Below are positions 20,725-29,334 of a stretch of DNA of 64,000 nt, piece after piece. The number at the start of each line of letters is the position of its first letter. Position 1 is the stretch's first letter. The DNA comes from Candidatus Palauibacter sp. (GTDB lineage: Bacteria > Gemmatimonadota > Gemmatimonadetes > Palauibacterales > Palauibacteraceae): positions 1,067,369 through 1,131,368 of the forward strand of contig NZ_CBDANE010000005.1 in NCBI RefSeq assembly GCF_965197445.1. The letters are read 5' to 3'. The translations under genes and the position numbers were made by a program. Under the pieces are notes generated by a model. That model had not been told where the DNA came from and made no database searches. It was given only the letters and a program-made list of their open reading frames with translations.

Positions 20725-21930
20725 ATGGAACTCGACCGGATCGCCCGTCTCGCCGGGGGCGGCGGCGGCAAAGTGCTGCTCTACGTGCTCGATGGGCTGG
20801 GCGGGCTCCCCCTCGAGCCCGGGGGCCCGACGGAACTCGAGGCCGCACGCACCCCGAACTTCGACGAGCTGGCGCGCGGCGGGACGTGCGGCCTCCACGA
20901 CCCGGTTGCGCCGGGCATCACGCCGGGGAGCGGCCCCGGTCATCTCGCGTTGTTCGGCTACGACCCCCTCGTGTACGAGACCGGCCGCGGCGTGCTCGAA
21001 GCCCTCGGGATCGAATTCCCGCTCGGGCCGGGCGACATCGCCGTGCGCGCCAACTTCTGCACCGTCGACGCCCAAGGCCGGGTAACCGATCGCCGCGCGG
21101 GCCGCATCTCGACCGAGGAAGCCGCCCCCCTGGCCGCTCAGCTTGACGGCATCGAACTGGACGGCGCCCGCTGCTCCGTGCGTCATGTGAAGGAGCACCG
21201 CTTCGTCCTCGTGCTGCACCCCGACCTCGCGTCGGGCGACGGGGTCGACGATACCGATCCCGGCCAGACCGGCCAGCCTCCTCGAGCCCCGTGTGCGCGC
21301 GACGCCGGCTCCGAGGCGACCGCCCGCCTGCTCGCGGCGTGGCTCAAGGCGGCCGCCGAGCGGCTCGCGGACCACCCACGCGCGAACATGACGCTGCTGC
21401 GCGGCGTCTCCAGCAAGCCCGACTGGCCGCTTTTCGAGGAGGTGTTCGGGATGCGGGCCGCCGCGGCCGCCGCCTATCCCATGTACCGCGGGGTCGCACG
21501 CCTCGTCGGCATGGACGCGAGGACGGCTCCCGACGGCGCGCGCCCGCTCGTCGACGCCCTGAGGGCGCGGCTCGCCGAGCACGATTTCTTCTTCCTCCAC
21601 TTCAAGCCTCCCGACAAGGCCGGAGAAGACGGCGACTTCGACCGCAAGGTAGCCGCCATCGAGGAGGCCGACGCCATCGTGCCGGAACTCGTCGACGCGG
21701 GGCCCGACGTCATTCTCGTGACCGGAGACCACTCGACGCCGGCTACGATGCGCGCCCACAGCTGGCACCCGGTCCCCTTCCTCATCCACGGCGGCCCGGC
21801 CCGTCACGACGCCGCCACCTCCTTCGGAGAGACCGCCTGCCGCACCGGTGCCCACGGCCGGGTCCGAGGCTGCGAACTCATGCGCCTGGCCGCGGCCAGC
21901 GCCGGCCGCCTCGCGAAGTTCGGAGCCTAG
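20725..21930 (+). CDS. Cofactor-independent phosphoglycerate mutase, archaeal-type (ApgM/PhosphMutase family)
   Basis: N-terminal LYVLDGLGG, metalloenzyme domain motifs (VTGDHSTP, H…H), ~400 aa. Confidence 0.75.
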   Translation: MELDRIARLAGGGGGKVLLYVLDGLGGLPLEPGGPTELEAARTPNFDELARGGTCGLHDPVAPGITPGSGPGHLALFGYDPLVYETGRGVLEALGIEFPLGPGDIAVRANFCTVDAQGRVTDRRAGRISTEEAAPLAAQLDGIELDGARCSVRHVKEHRFVLVLHPDLASGDGVDDTDPGQTGQPPRAPCARDAGSEATARLLAAWLKAAAERLADHPRANMTLLRGVSSKPDWPLFEEVFGMRAAAAAAYPMYRGVARLVGMDARTAPDGARPLVDALRARLAEHDFFFLHFKPPDKAGEDGDFDRKVAAIEEADAIVPELVDAGPDVILVTGDHSTPATMRAHSWHPVPFLIHGGPARHDAATSFGETACRTGAHGRVRGCELMRLAAASAGRLAKFGA

Positions 21931-22085
21931 CCCGAACGGCCAGATCCGTACAGCCCGACTGGGTCATCGTCGACCCCGACAGTCCCCAACGGCGCCTCGG
22001 CTCACCAGGCTCGCGTGAAGTTTGGCTCTCTCGTGGCATATAGAAGGTAGAGGGACATGTCACGGGTGCTCGGACGAGGTTCCGG

Positions 22086-22862
22086 ATGATCAGAATCCTT
22101 GCGGATTCGCCAGACGACGCGACGCTGATCGCGGGAGCGGTCGGCGGCACAGCACAAGTCGCGAAGGATGCCGACCAGTTCACGAATGGCGACGGCCACG
22201 TTGAGTGTCTGATTCTCGGTTGCCGCCATCCCGTTCCGGCGAGGAAGATCGAACTCCTGCGGGAGATCGAACGGAACATGCTGTGGATTCCCCTCATCCT
22301 CGTCACGGATCCCGAGCCCGAATCCGCTCGCCGGCTGAGGGACGTCAAAGTGTCGGCCATCGTCTGGTTCGCAGACCTTCAGACCAAACTCCGGCTCGAG
22401 ATCGAAGCTGCCCGGGGATCGGTCCCGCTGCTCTGCCTGGCTGAGGACATTGAGGGATCGACGTTGCCTCCGGCCCTTCGCTCCGCCCTGGCGTACAGTC
22501 TCCGCGCGGCCACCAGCGGGCCGGTCCGTAACGTAAAGGAGTTGGCCGCCGCCCTTAGTTACTCACCGATCACAATCTCCAAAGAGTTCAGCAGGTGGCA
22601 GGGCGGTGGGACGACCCTGGCCCGATTCCTCGGTGCCCTCGTGTTCCTGAGAGCCAGACAACTTCATTATTCATCAGGTCTTGGCTGGAAGTGCGTGGCC
22701 GCGCGCCTCGGCTTCGCTCGCGAGACTCTTCAGCGCAAGTCGAAGCGATGGACCGGGTACACGTTGCGACAACTGGGGACGGTGTCCCCCGACCAGCTGC
22801 TGGCAGCTCTCGTGTCGGAGTATCTACGGCCGCTATTGGATGGCGGCCGCCGCAACCGGTAG
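22086..22862 (+). CDS. Transcriptional regulator: degenerate receiver-like N-terminal domain plus AraC-type double HTH
   Basis: N-terminus resembles a CheY-like receiver but lacks the acidic pocket and the phospho-Asp (MIRILADSPDD…VECLILGCRHP). C-terminus has two HTH units (VKELAAALSYSPITISKEFSRWQ; WKCVAARLGFARETLQRKSKRWTG). It lies in a locally low-GC segment. Confidence 0.55.
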   Translation: MIRILADSPDDATLIAGAVGGTAQVAKDADQFTNGDGHVECLILGCRHPVPARKIELLREIERNMLWIPLILVTDPEPESARRLRDVKVSAIVWFADLQTKLRLEIEAARGSVPLLCLAEDIEGSTLPPALRSALAYSLRAATSGPVRNVKELAAALSYSPITISKEFSRWQGGGTTLARFLGALVFLRARQLHYSSGLGWKCVAARLGFARETLQRKSKRWTGYTLRQLGTVSPDQLLAALVSEYLRPLLDGGRRNR

Positions 22863-22905
22863 CGGACTCCCGTCAGCACGAGGTTCGAGCCCCAGTCCTT
22901 TCGGG

Positions 22906-22963
22906 AATCACCGATTTCGTCACAGATTCCACCGATTCTGTATCTGGCACCGACAATCACCGA
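22906..22963. repeat. Four direct copies of (AAT)CACCGA(T) in the intergenic region upstream of the Cys-rich ORF
   Basis: Seen directly: aatCACCGATttcg … ttcCACCGATtctg … ggCACCGAcaat … aatCACCGAggg, at spacings of about 21, 18 and 10 bp. Confidence 0.5.
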
Positions 22964-22979
22964 GGGCGATGATGGGAGC

Positions 22980-23010
22980 GAGTCCCGGGAGTGAGTCCCG
23001 GGAGTGAGTT
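22980..23010. repeat. Tandem 13-bp repeat GAGTCCCGGGAGT x2.4, each unit containing the 8-bp palindrome TCCCGGGA; a further CCCGGG lies 10 bp downstream, next to the RBS
   Basis: Seen directly: gcGAGTCCCGGGAGTGAGTCCCGGGAGTGAGTTtctttgaCCCGGGaggatcaaaATG. Confidence 0.6.
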
Positions 23011-23032
23011 TCTTTGACCCGGGAGGATCAAA

Positions 23033-23488
23033 ATGACCCGCCTCAGGTCGTTCCTTCACCCGTCTCTGTACCTCTTCCTCGCGCTGTCCGCCGGGCTGAG
23101 GACCCGTGCGAGCACGTTCGCTGCGGTGAGTCCCGGAACGAAGAACCGCCGACTCGTGGCGTGCGCGCTCGTCGCCGCGATGGTGGCTTCCCTGGTGCCG
23201 CACCAAGTCGCTCACGCGGAGGTGGCCGATCACGCCGCGGCCGCCACGGAGGCGGCAGCCCTGGTGGCCCAGACTGGCATCGAGCTACAGGGCTGCCCGG
23301 ACGGAGGAGCCGGAGCCTGCCTGGTCTCCGGCCTTAACGTATCGGTCGGACTCACTATTGGAATCATATCGGTGACCATCGACCGCACGCTCACATGCGT
23401 CGTCTGTGACTGCGGATGGGTCTACACGGACGACAATGGCTTTCGCCGATACCATCGAGAGCACTGGGTCGATTGCAACTTGCAGTGA
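23033..23488 (+). CDS. Small secreted/membrane-anchored cysteine-rich protein (hypothetical)
   Basis: Strong RBS (GGGAGGA 7 nt upstream). Two N-terminal hydrophobic segments; the second is a Sec-type signal ending VAHA. Seven Cys in the mature part (…QGCPDGGAGACLVSG…TLTCVVCDCGWVYTDDNGFRRYHREHWVDCNLQ). Stop overlaps the next start (GTGA). Confidence 0.5.
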   Translation: MTRLRSFLHPSLYLFLALSAGLRTRASTFAAVSPGTKNRRLVACALVAAMVASLVPHQVAHAEVADHAAAATEAAALVAQTGIELQGCPDGGAGACLVSGLNVSVGLTIGIISVTIDRTLTCVVCDCGWVYTDDNGFRRYHREHWVDCNLQ

Positions 23489-24651
23489 GGCTGCGCTTAG
23501 CCGGCCGGGGCGCGGCGGCGTTGGTTGCGGCCATCGCCGCCGGGTGCGCGGGTGGCGGTGACCCGGCAAGCCGGGGGGTGTCCGCCCCGTCGGTCGCCTC
23601 GGCCGCGGCATCGGTGGCCGGTTATCGCGTCCTGGAACCCGGCGCGTTCATCGCGGGGTTCCCCGCCGATCCTCTCGACATGGGGTCGGAGTTCTTCATC
23701 GAGCGCGCGTGGGATCTCGCCGTCGGCGCCGGCGCGGACGAGATATACGTCCTCGACACGCAGGCGAAGCATGTTCTTCGTCTCGACCGGGACGCGAAGC
23801 TGCGAGCCGTGATCGGGGGCCCGGGCGGCGGCCCCGGCGAGTTCGAGTATGCCTATTCGATCGAGGCCGATCCCCGCGGCGGCGTGTGGGTGGCCGACCT
23901 CAGGCTCGCCCGGCTGTCGCGGTTCGATCCCGACGGCCGACTGCTGGAGGAGATGCGGGTGCCGCAATTGGTGCGGGGCTTCGCCGTGCTGCCGGACGGC
24001 GCGGTGCTGTACCGAAAGTTCGATGGCCGGACGGCCTCGCTGGCGGTGCAGTCCGGCGGCGACGCGGTGGATTTCGCCGGAGACCTCCCCCCCGAGTTGG
24101 CACCCGACGATGTCCGGTCACTTTGGGCGGAGTACGACCTCGAGTTCGCGGTCGTCGCGCCCGACACGGTCGTCGCATTTCGGAACACCGATGTCCGAGC
24201 CTACGGCGCGTGGCGCATCGCGCTGGACATCGCGTCGGCCCGGATCACCGGCATCGCTCCGGTCGCCTTTCCGGCGTGGCTCACCGAGGCGATCGCCGCC
24301 CAGGCGGAGGACATCGAGCGGGAGTCCCGCGAGAAGCGCGAAGGGATTCCACCCGGCGCGGGAAGCTCGTTCATTCCCTTCTCGCGGGGTGTGCGGATGT
24401 CGGTGGGCAATCTCTGGGTAACGCCGCATTCGGCCGCCAACCTGGTTCTCGCCACGACGATCCCGCTTTCGGCAGGCGACTCGGTTTCGGTCGTGGCGCG
24501 CGGGCACCTGGACCCGCGCTCTGGATGCGCGGAGCTGGACTTTGCCGTCCTCGGCGAGCGGTTGGCGGTGCTTTGTATGGATCAGGTCCGCGTCTACGAG
24601 TTGCTGCCCGCCGCGCCCGGTCCGCCGCCGTTCGCCGCCGGCTGGCGCTGA
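23485..24651 (+). CDS. Lipoprotein with NHL-repeat-like beta-propeller (hypothetical)
   Basis: GTG start gives VRLRLAGRGAAALVAAIAAGC, with a lipobox (IAAGC). Repeated G-x-G…F…VAD…RL motifs are typical of NHL/six-bladed propeller repeats. Confidence 0.55.
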   Translation: MRLRLAGRGAAALVAAIAAGCAGGGDPASRGVSAPSVASAAASVAGYRVLEPGAFIAGFPADPLDMGSEFFIERAWDLAVGAGADEIYVLDTQAKHVLRLDRDAKLRAVIGGPGGGPGEFEYAYSIEADPRGGVWVADLRLARLSRFDPDGRLLEEMRVPQLVRGFAVLPDGAVLYRKFDGRTASLAVQSGGDAVDFAGDLPPELAPDDVRSLWAEYDLEFAVVAPDTVVAFRNTDVRAYGAWRIALDIASARITGIAPVAFPAWLTEAIAAQAEDIERESREKREGIPPGAGSSFIPFSRGVRMSVGNLWVTPHSAANLVLATTIPLSAGDSVSVVARGHLDPRSGCAELDFAVLGERLAVLCMDQVRVYELLPAAPGPPPFAAGWR

Positions 24652-24654
24652 TTC

Positions 24655-25353
24655 GTGACCGGGGGCACGTCGTCGCGGAGCCAGCCTCCTCCTCTCCCCC
24701 GGCGCATCGGGATGTTGTTCGCGGCGCCCCTCCGGTTGTTTGATGTGCTGGTGGAAGGGCCCGTGTGGAGGAGCACGCTAGCCGGATACGTTGTCGCGAG
24801 CGCGTCCGTGTTGACGTTGGCCGGACTGGCCCATCCCGAGTATGGAGTCGAGTCCATCGCGGGCGTGCCCGTCGCCGGACGCGTCATCATGCTCGTCGCC
24901 GCACACGCCCTCTCCGCCGCCGCCGCCGTGATCAACGCTCCGCTGTACTTCGCCACGCTGGCGGGCATTCTCCTGGCGGTGTCGAAAATCGGGCCCGGGC
25001 ACCGCGTGTCGTTCAGACAGCTCTTCAGCGCGACGGTCCATGCCGCGTACATACTGCTCGCCGGCCACGCGCTGCGGCTCGCCCTCGCGGTGTCCGGTGT
25101 GGAACTCGCCGGACCCGCGGAAGCCCTGTTGCCGGCGGAAGATCCTCCCGTGGCGGTCCTGTTCGTGACGTTGTCCTTCGGGTCCGTCGCCGATGCTCCG
25201 CCGGTGGGAGTGTTCGAGATGGCCTTCCACGCGCTGCTCGGCGTCGCGTATTGCCGTATCCGCGGCCAGCGCTTGATCGTGGGAGCGGCGTGGGGGGTCG
25301 GGATTTCTCTCCTGGTCGACATCCTGTGGCTGCTCCTGGGCGCCGGGATCTGA
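24655..25353 (+). CDS. Integral membrane protein (Yip1-like, hypothetical)
   Basis: Five hydrophobic helices. Start is uncertain: GTG at 24655 or ATG at 24712 (MLFAAPL). Confidence 0.45.
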   Translation: MTGGTSSRSQPPPLPRRIGMLFAAPLRLFDVLVEGPVWRSTLAGYVVASASVLTLAGLAHPEYGVESIAGVPVAGRVIMLVAAHALSAAAAVINAPLYFATLAGILLAVSKIGPGHRVSFRQLFSATVHAAYILLAGHALRLALAVSGVELAGPAEALLPAEDPPVAVLFVTLSFGSVADAPPVGVFEMAFHALLGVAYCRIRGQRLIVGAAWGVGISLLVDILWLLLGAGI

Positions 25354-25441
25354 GCGGACGCGCCAGCGGCGAAACTCCCCGGGATGTGCGGCGCTGGGTC
25401 TGGAGGCGAGGTAGGGAACGTTCCCGCGGGAACGTCCGGGG

Positions 25442-25783
25442 TCAGGCCGCGCTGTGCGCCTCGTCGGAGTGTTCGATGCCCGCGCCGCCCATGGCGACGC
25501 CGGTACCCACCGTGACGACGCCGAACATGAGGTCGTTGAAGAAGGCCTGCGCGTTGGGCAGATATCCGTGGATGAAGGGCGACAGCATGCTGTAGGCGCC
25601 GAGTGCGATCAGGCCCCAGCCGCTGATCCGGTTGATGCCGAGGTTGAAGGTGATCGTGACGACGAGGATCGATCCGCCGAGCACCACGCTGTGCCACCAC
25701 AGGAAGCCGAACGGATATCCCCACACGAACGGTGCGCCCAGGTACCAGAGCCCCAGTCCCAAGCCGATCCAGCGTGAGGCCAT
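25442..25783 (-). CDS. Small integral membrane protein (SPW-repeat-like, hypothetical)
   Basis: Four TM helices rich in Trp and Gly (WIGLGLGLWYLGAPFVWGYPFGFLWW…). Confidence 0.5.
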   Translation of the reverse strand: MASRWIGLGLGLWYLGAPFVWGYPFGFLWWHSVVLGGSILVVTITFNLGINRISGWGLIALGAYSMLSPFIHGYLPNAQAFFNDLMFGVVTVGTGVAMGGAGIEHSDEAHSAA

Positions 25784-25894
25784 CGAACCTCTCTCGGAAG
25801 AACCGAATGAATCCGTATGAATCAGAAGAACCGGCGCCTATGATGCGCGCCCTCGCGGGCGAAGGCAAACCGCTCGCAGCCGGTCGCCGGCAGC

Positions 25895-28165
25895 CTACAG
25901 CCGGGCGCGGCGCAGGCGGTTCGCGTTGGTGACGACGGAGATCGAACTCAGCGCCATCGCGGCCTCGGCGATGACGGGATGCAGGAGGCCCAGGAAGGCG
26001 ACGGGGATCGCGACCACGTTGTAGACATAGGCCCAGAAGAGGTTCTCGCGGATCTTGCGAAACGTGGCCTTGGCGAGCCGGGTCGCGCGGAGCACGGAGC
26101 GCAGGTCGCCCTGGACCAGTGTGATGTCCGCGGCCTCGATCGCGATGTCGGTGCCGGTGCCTACCGCGAGGCCGACATCCGCCGCCTTGAGCGCGGGGGC
26201 GTCGTTGATGCCGTCGCCCACGAACGCCACGGTGCGGCCCTCGGCGCGCAGTTGCCGTACGGCGTAGACCTTCTGGGCGGGGAGCAGACCGGCCTGGTAG
26301 TCGTCGATCCCGAGTTGCTGCGCGACGGCGGCCGCCACGGCCTCGCGGTCGCCGGTGAGCATGACGGTCCGGAAGCCGCGGCGGCTCAGCTCGAGGAGGG
26401 TCTCCCGTGCGTCCTCCTTCACGGGGTCGGCGATCGCGATCGCGCCCCGCAGCCGCCCGCCGGCGGCCACGCAGGCGATCGTTCGCGCGTCCGACCCGAA
26501 GCGTCGTTCCACTTCCACGATGTCCTCGCGCGCGACGCCTTCCGCCCGCAGGAGCCGCGTGCTGCCCACCACGACCCACTCCCCGTCGACGACGCCCACG
26601 ATGCCCATGCCGACCCGGGCCTCCACGTCGCTCGCCCGCGCCACACGGGCGCCGCGGCGGCCGGCTTCCTCCACCACCGCGCGGGCAAGGGGGTGCTCCG
26701 AGGCGTCCTCGATCGAAGCGGCGAGTCCGAGCACCCGGGTCTCGTCGTCGGCCGGGTCCCCCATCGCATACACCTCGACCACGCGCGGAGCACCGCGGGT
26801 CAGCGTCCCCGTCTTGTCGAACACGAGCGTGTCCGCCCGGTCCAGCGTCTGGACGGCGGCCCCGTCCCGGATGAGGACGCCGCGCGTCGCCCCGACGCCG
26901 GTGCCGACCATGAGCGCCGTGGGCGTCGCGAGCCCCAGCGCGCACGGACACGCGATCACCAGCACCGCCACCGCGGCGAAGAGCGCGAGCGAGAGGCGGC
27001 CCAGCTCCGGGTTCACCCAGGGGAGGAAGCCCGACGCCCAGCGGGCGGCGTCGAAGAAGACACCCGGCAGCACGAACCAGCCCGCGAACGCCGCCAGCGC
27101 CACGACCAGGATCGCGGGCACGAAGACGGCCGTCACCCGGTCGGCGAACTCCTGGATCGGAACCTTGCTCGCCTGCGCCTCCTCCACGAGGCGGATGACG
27201 TTCGACAGGAAGGTGTCCTCGCCCACTCCCGTGGCTCTCACGCGCAGGACGCCCGAGTGGTTCACGGTCGAACCCAGTGCGCTGTCCCCCGGTCCTTTCT
27301 CCACCGGAATCGACTCCCCCGTCGCGAGCGATTCGTCGACCGCGCTCCGTCCGTCGAGGACGACTCCGTCGGTGGGGATCTTCTCGCCCGGCCGGATGAT
27401 CATGATGTCGCCCACCCGCACGTCACGGGTCGGGACCTCGAGTTCGGTGCCGTCCCGTTCGACGCGGGCGGTCGGAGCCTCGAGCGAGAGCAGGGCCTGG
27501 ATGGCGGAAGAGGAGCGGCCGCGGGCCTTCGCCTCGACGAAGCGTCCCGTGAGGTGGATGGAGGCGATCATCGCGCCGACGGGGGCAAAGTTCATGATCA
27601 TCGGCGCGAGTCCCAACACGTGCAGGACGGCCCACACACCGGTGAGCACGGAAACGCCGGCTCCGAGGGCGATAAGGACATCCATATTGGGCATCCGGCC
27701 CCGCGCCGAACGCCAGGCGCCGCGCACGGTGTCCGCGCCCGGCCCGGCGAGCACGGCGGCCCCCAGCGCAGTCACCCCCAGGTCGAAGGCGAGGGGGGAC
27801 GGCCAGCGTACGCCCGCGAACATCTCGGGCAACATCCATACCATGGCCGGGGCGGTGAGCGCCCACGCGGTCCACATCGTCCGCCACGCCTGGTGCGAGC
27901 GGGCCTCCGTATCCGCGAGGCGCTTGCGTTCGGCCTCTCCGCGGTCCGCCTCCGCTATGGGTTCGATCTCGTACCCGGCCCGTTCGACCGCTGCGGCGAG
28001 TTCCTCGAACCCGATCTCGCGGGTGAGCGTCACCGTGGCGGACTCGGCCGGCAGGCTCACGGACGCTTCCACGCCGTCGATGGCGTTGAGACTCTTCTCG
28101 ACGGAGCCCACGCAGCCGGCGCAGTGCATCCCGTTGATCCGGTAGGTCTTCTTCACCTGCTCCAT
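25895..28165 (-). CDS. copA: Copper-translocating P1B-type ATPase
   Basis: N-terminal HMA domain with GMHCAGC, the membrane CPC motif (CPCALGLATP), DKTGTLT phosphorylation site, and GDGINDAPAL. Confidence 0.9.
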   Translation of the reverse strand: MEQVKKTYRINGMHCAGCVGSVEKSLNAIDGVEASVSLPAESATVTLTREIGFEELAAAVERAGYEIEPIAEADRGEAERKRLADTEARSHQAWRTMWTAWALTAPAMVWMLPEMFAGVRWPSPLAFDLGVTALGAAVLAGPGADTVRGAWRSARGRMPNMDVLIALGAGVSVLTGVWAVLHVLGLAPMIMNFAPVGAMIASIHLTGRFVEAKARGRSSSAIQALLSLEAPTARVERDGTELEVPTRDVRVGDIMIIRPGEKIPTDGVVLDGRSAVDESLATGESIPVEKGPGDSALGSTVNHSGVLRVRATGVGEDTFLSNVIRLVEEAQASKVPIQEFADRVTAVFVPAILVVALAAFAGWFVLPGVFFDAARWASGFLPWVNPELGRLSLALFAAVAVLVIACPCALGLATPTALMVGTGVGATRGVLIRDGAAVQTLDRADTLVFDKTGTLTRGAPRVVEVYAMGDPADDETRVLGLAASIEDASEHPLARAVVEEAGRRGARVARASDVEARVGMGIVGVVDGEWVVVGSTRLLRAEGVAREDIVEVERRFGSDARTIACVAAGGRLRGAIAIADPVKEDARETLLELSRRGFRTVMLTGDREAVAAAVAQQLGIDDYQAGLLPAQKVYAVRQLRAEGRTVAFVGDGINDAPALKAADVGLAVGTGTDIAIEAADITLVQGDLRSVLRATRLAKATFRKIRENLFWAYVYNVVAIPVAFLGLLHPVIAEAAMALSSISVVTNANRLRRARL

Positions 28166-28172
28166 ACCTGGT

Positions 28173-28454
28173 TCATTTGCCCGCGAACCGCATGAACAGC
28201 TGCGCGATCTCCTCGCGCACCCGTGTTGCGGCGTCGCCGCCCTCCTCGATCGCGTGCGTGGCGCACCGTTCGAGGTGGTTCATCAGAAGCTCCTTCTCGG
28301 CCGAGCGGAGAGCGGAGTGAACGGCGGCGAACTGCTGCAGGATGTCAGGACAGTACCGCTCGTCCTCCACCATACGGGCGATGCCCCCGACCTGTCCCCG
28401 GATACGGGCCAGCCGACGGTCGAGGTCGTGCTTCGTCCCCTCCGCGATCCCCAT
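28173..28454 (-). CDS. csoR: Copper-sensing transcriptional repressor, CsoR/RcnR family
   Basis: Family fold with the RYCPDIL Cys and a C-terminal His/Cys (HLERC). Start at MGIAEGTK. Directly upstream of copA. Confidence 0.8.
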   Translation of the reverse strand: MGIAEGTKHDLDRRLARIRGQVGGIARMVEDERYCPDILQQFAAVHSALRSAEKELLMNHLERCATHAIEEGGDAATRVREEIAQLFMRFAGK

Positions 28455-28529
28455 CGCATGCGCCCCTGCACCGCTCACCGCCATTCACTCCGTACGCTCT
28501 GCCGAGCATAGATGCTCTTCCACGAGATT

Positions 28530-28551
28530 ATACTATACAGGGGTATAGTAT
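28530..28551. promoter_or_regulatory. Candidate CsoR operator: inverted repeat ATACTATAC-aggg-GTATAGTAT
   Basis: Seen directly, about 75 bp upstream of the csoR start, in an AT-richer divergent promoter region shared with pspA. It matches the ATAC…GGGG…GTAT style of known CsoR operators. Confidence 0.5.
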
Positions 28552-28634
28552 TGATCGCAAGACGACGGAGCAGAGGCGGGCGGTGACGCGCGGACGGTGG
28601 CGGCGTTTTGCCGGGGGCTGCTAAACTCAGGCCC

Positions 28635-29303
28635 ATGTTCAAGAAATTCAGGCAGATGGTCGACGACGTGCTCGACCGCATGGAAGCGAAGCATGACGGG
28701 GTCTCGGAAGATGACATCGACCGGGTCATCCACGCCATGCGAGAGGAACTCGTCGAGACCCGGGCGCGGATCACCGAACTGGAAGCGTTGCTCGAGTCGC
28801 AGGTGCGCCAGGCCGACCATGAGAAAAACGCGGCCAGCACCGCCGAACGAAGGGCGGCGAGGGCGGCCGAGATCGGGGATGCGGAGACGGTCGAAGTGGC
28901 GAACCGCTTCGCGGCCCGGCACCGGCAGCGGCTCGAGGTACTCGTCGTCAAGGCCGAGGCGACCCAGGCCGAAATCCTCCAGCACAAGGACGAGGCGGCG
29001 CAGGGCGCCGAGCAGTTGAAGAGCGCGATGGCGCGCCGCGACTCGCTGTCCGTCCAGCAGCGCCGCGCGCGGGCGATCGGGCACTCCGCGGGCCGTTTCG
29101 ACTCGGTCGATGCGTTCGATCGCATGGCTGACAAGATGGCAAGCCGGACCGATCTCGACGAAGCGCAGCGAGAGGTCGAGAGCGAGTTGAACCCGTCCGC
29201 CGGCGCCCCGCGCCGCGACTTCGCGGCCGAGCGCGAACTGCGGGAGGCGCGGGCCGACGCCATGCTCGAGGAGTTGAAGCGCCGGATGTCGAAAGGGAAG
29301 TAG
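28635..29303 (+). CDS. pspA: PspA/IM30 family protein (phage shock protein A)
   Basis: MFKKFRQMVDDVLDRME N-terminus and a long coiled coil, ~220 aa. Confidence 0.8.
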   Translation: MFKKFRQMVDDVLDRMEAKHDGVSEDDIDRVIHAMREELVETRARITELEALLESQVRQADHEKNAASTAERRAARAAEIGDAETVEVANRFAARHRQRLEVLVVKAEATQAEILQHKDEAAQGAEQLKSAMARRDSLSVQQRRARAIGHSAGRFDSVDAFDRMADKMASRTDLDEAQREVESELNPSAGAPRRDFAAERELREARADAMLEELKRRMSKGK

Positions 29304-29334
29304 CCACCCTCCCCCCGGAAGAACCGGAGGCCCG

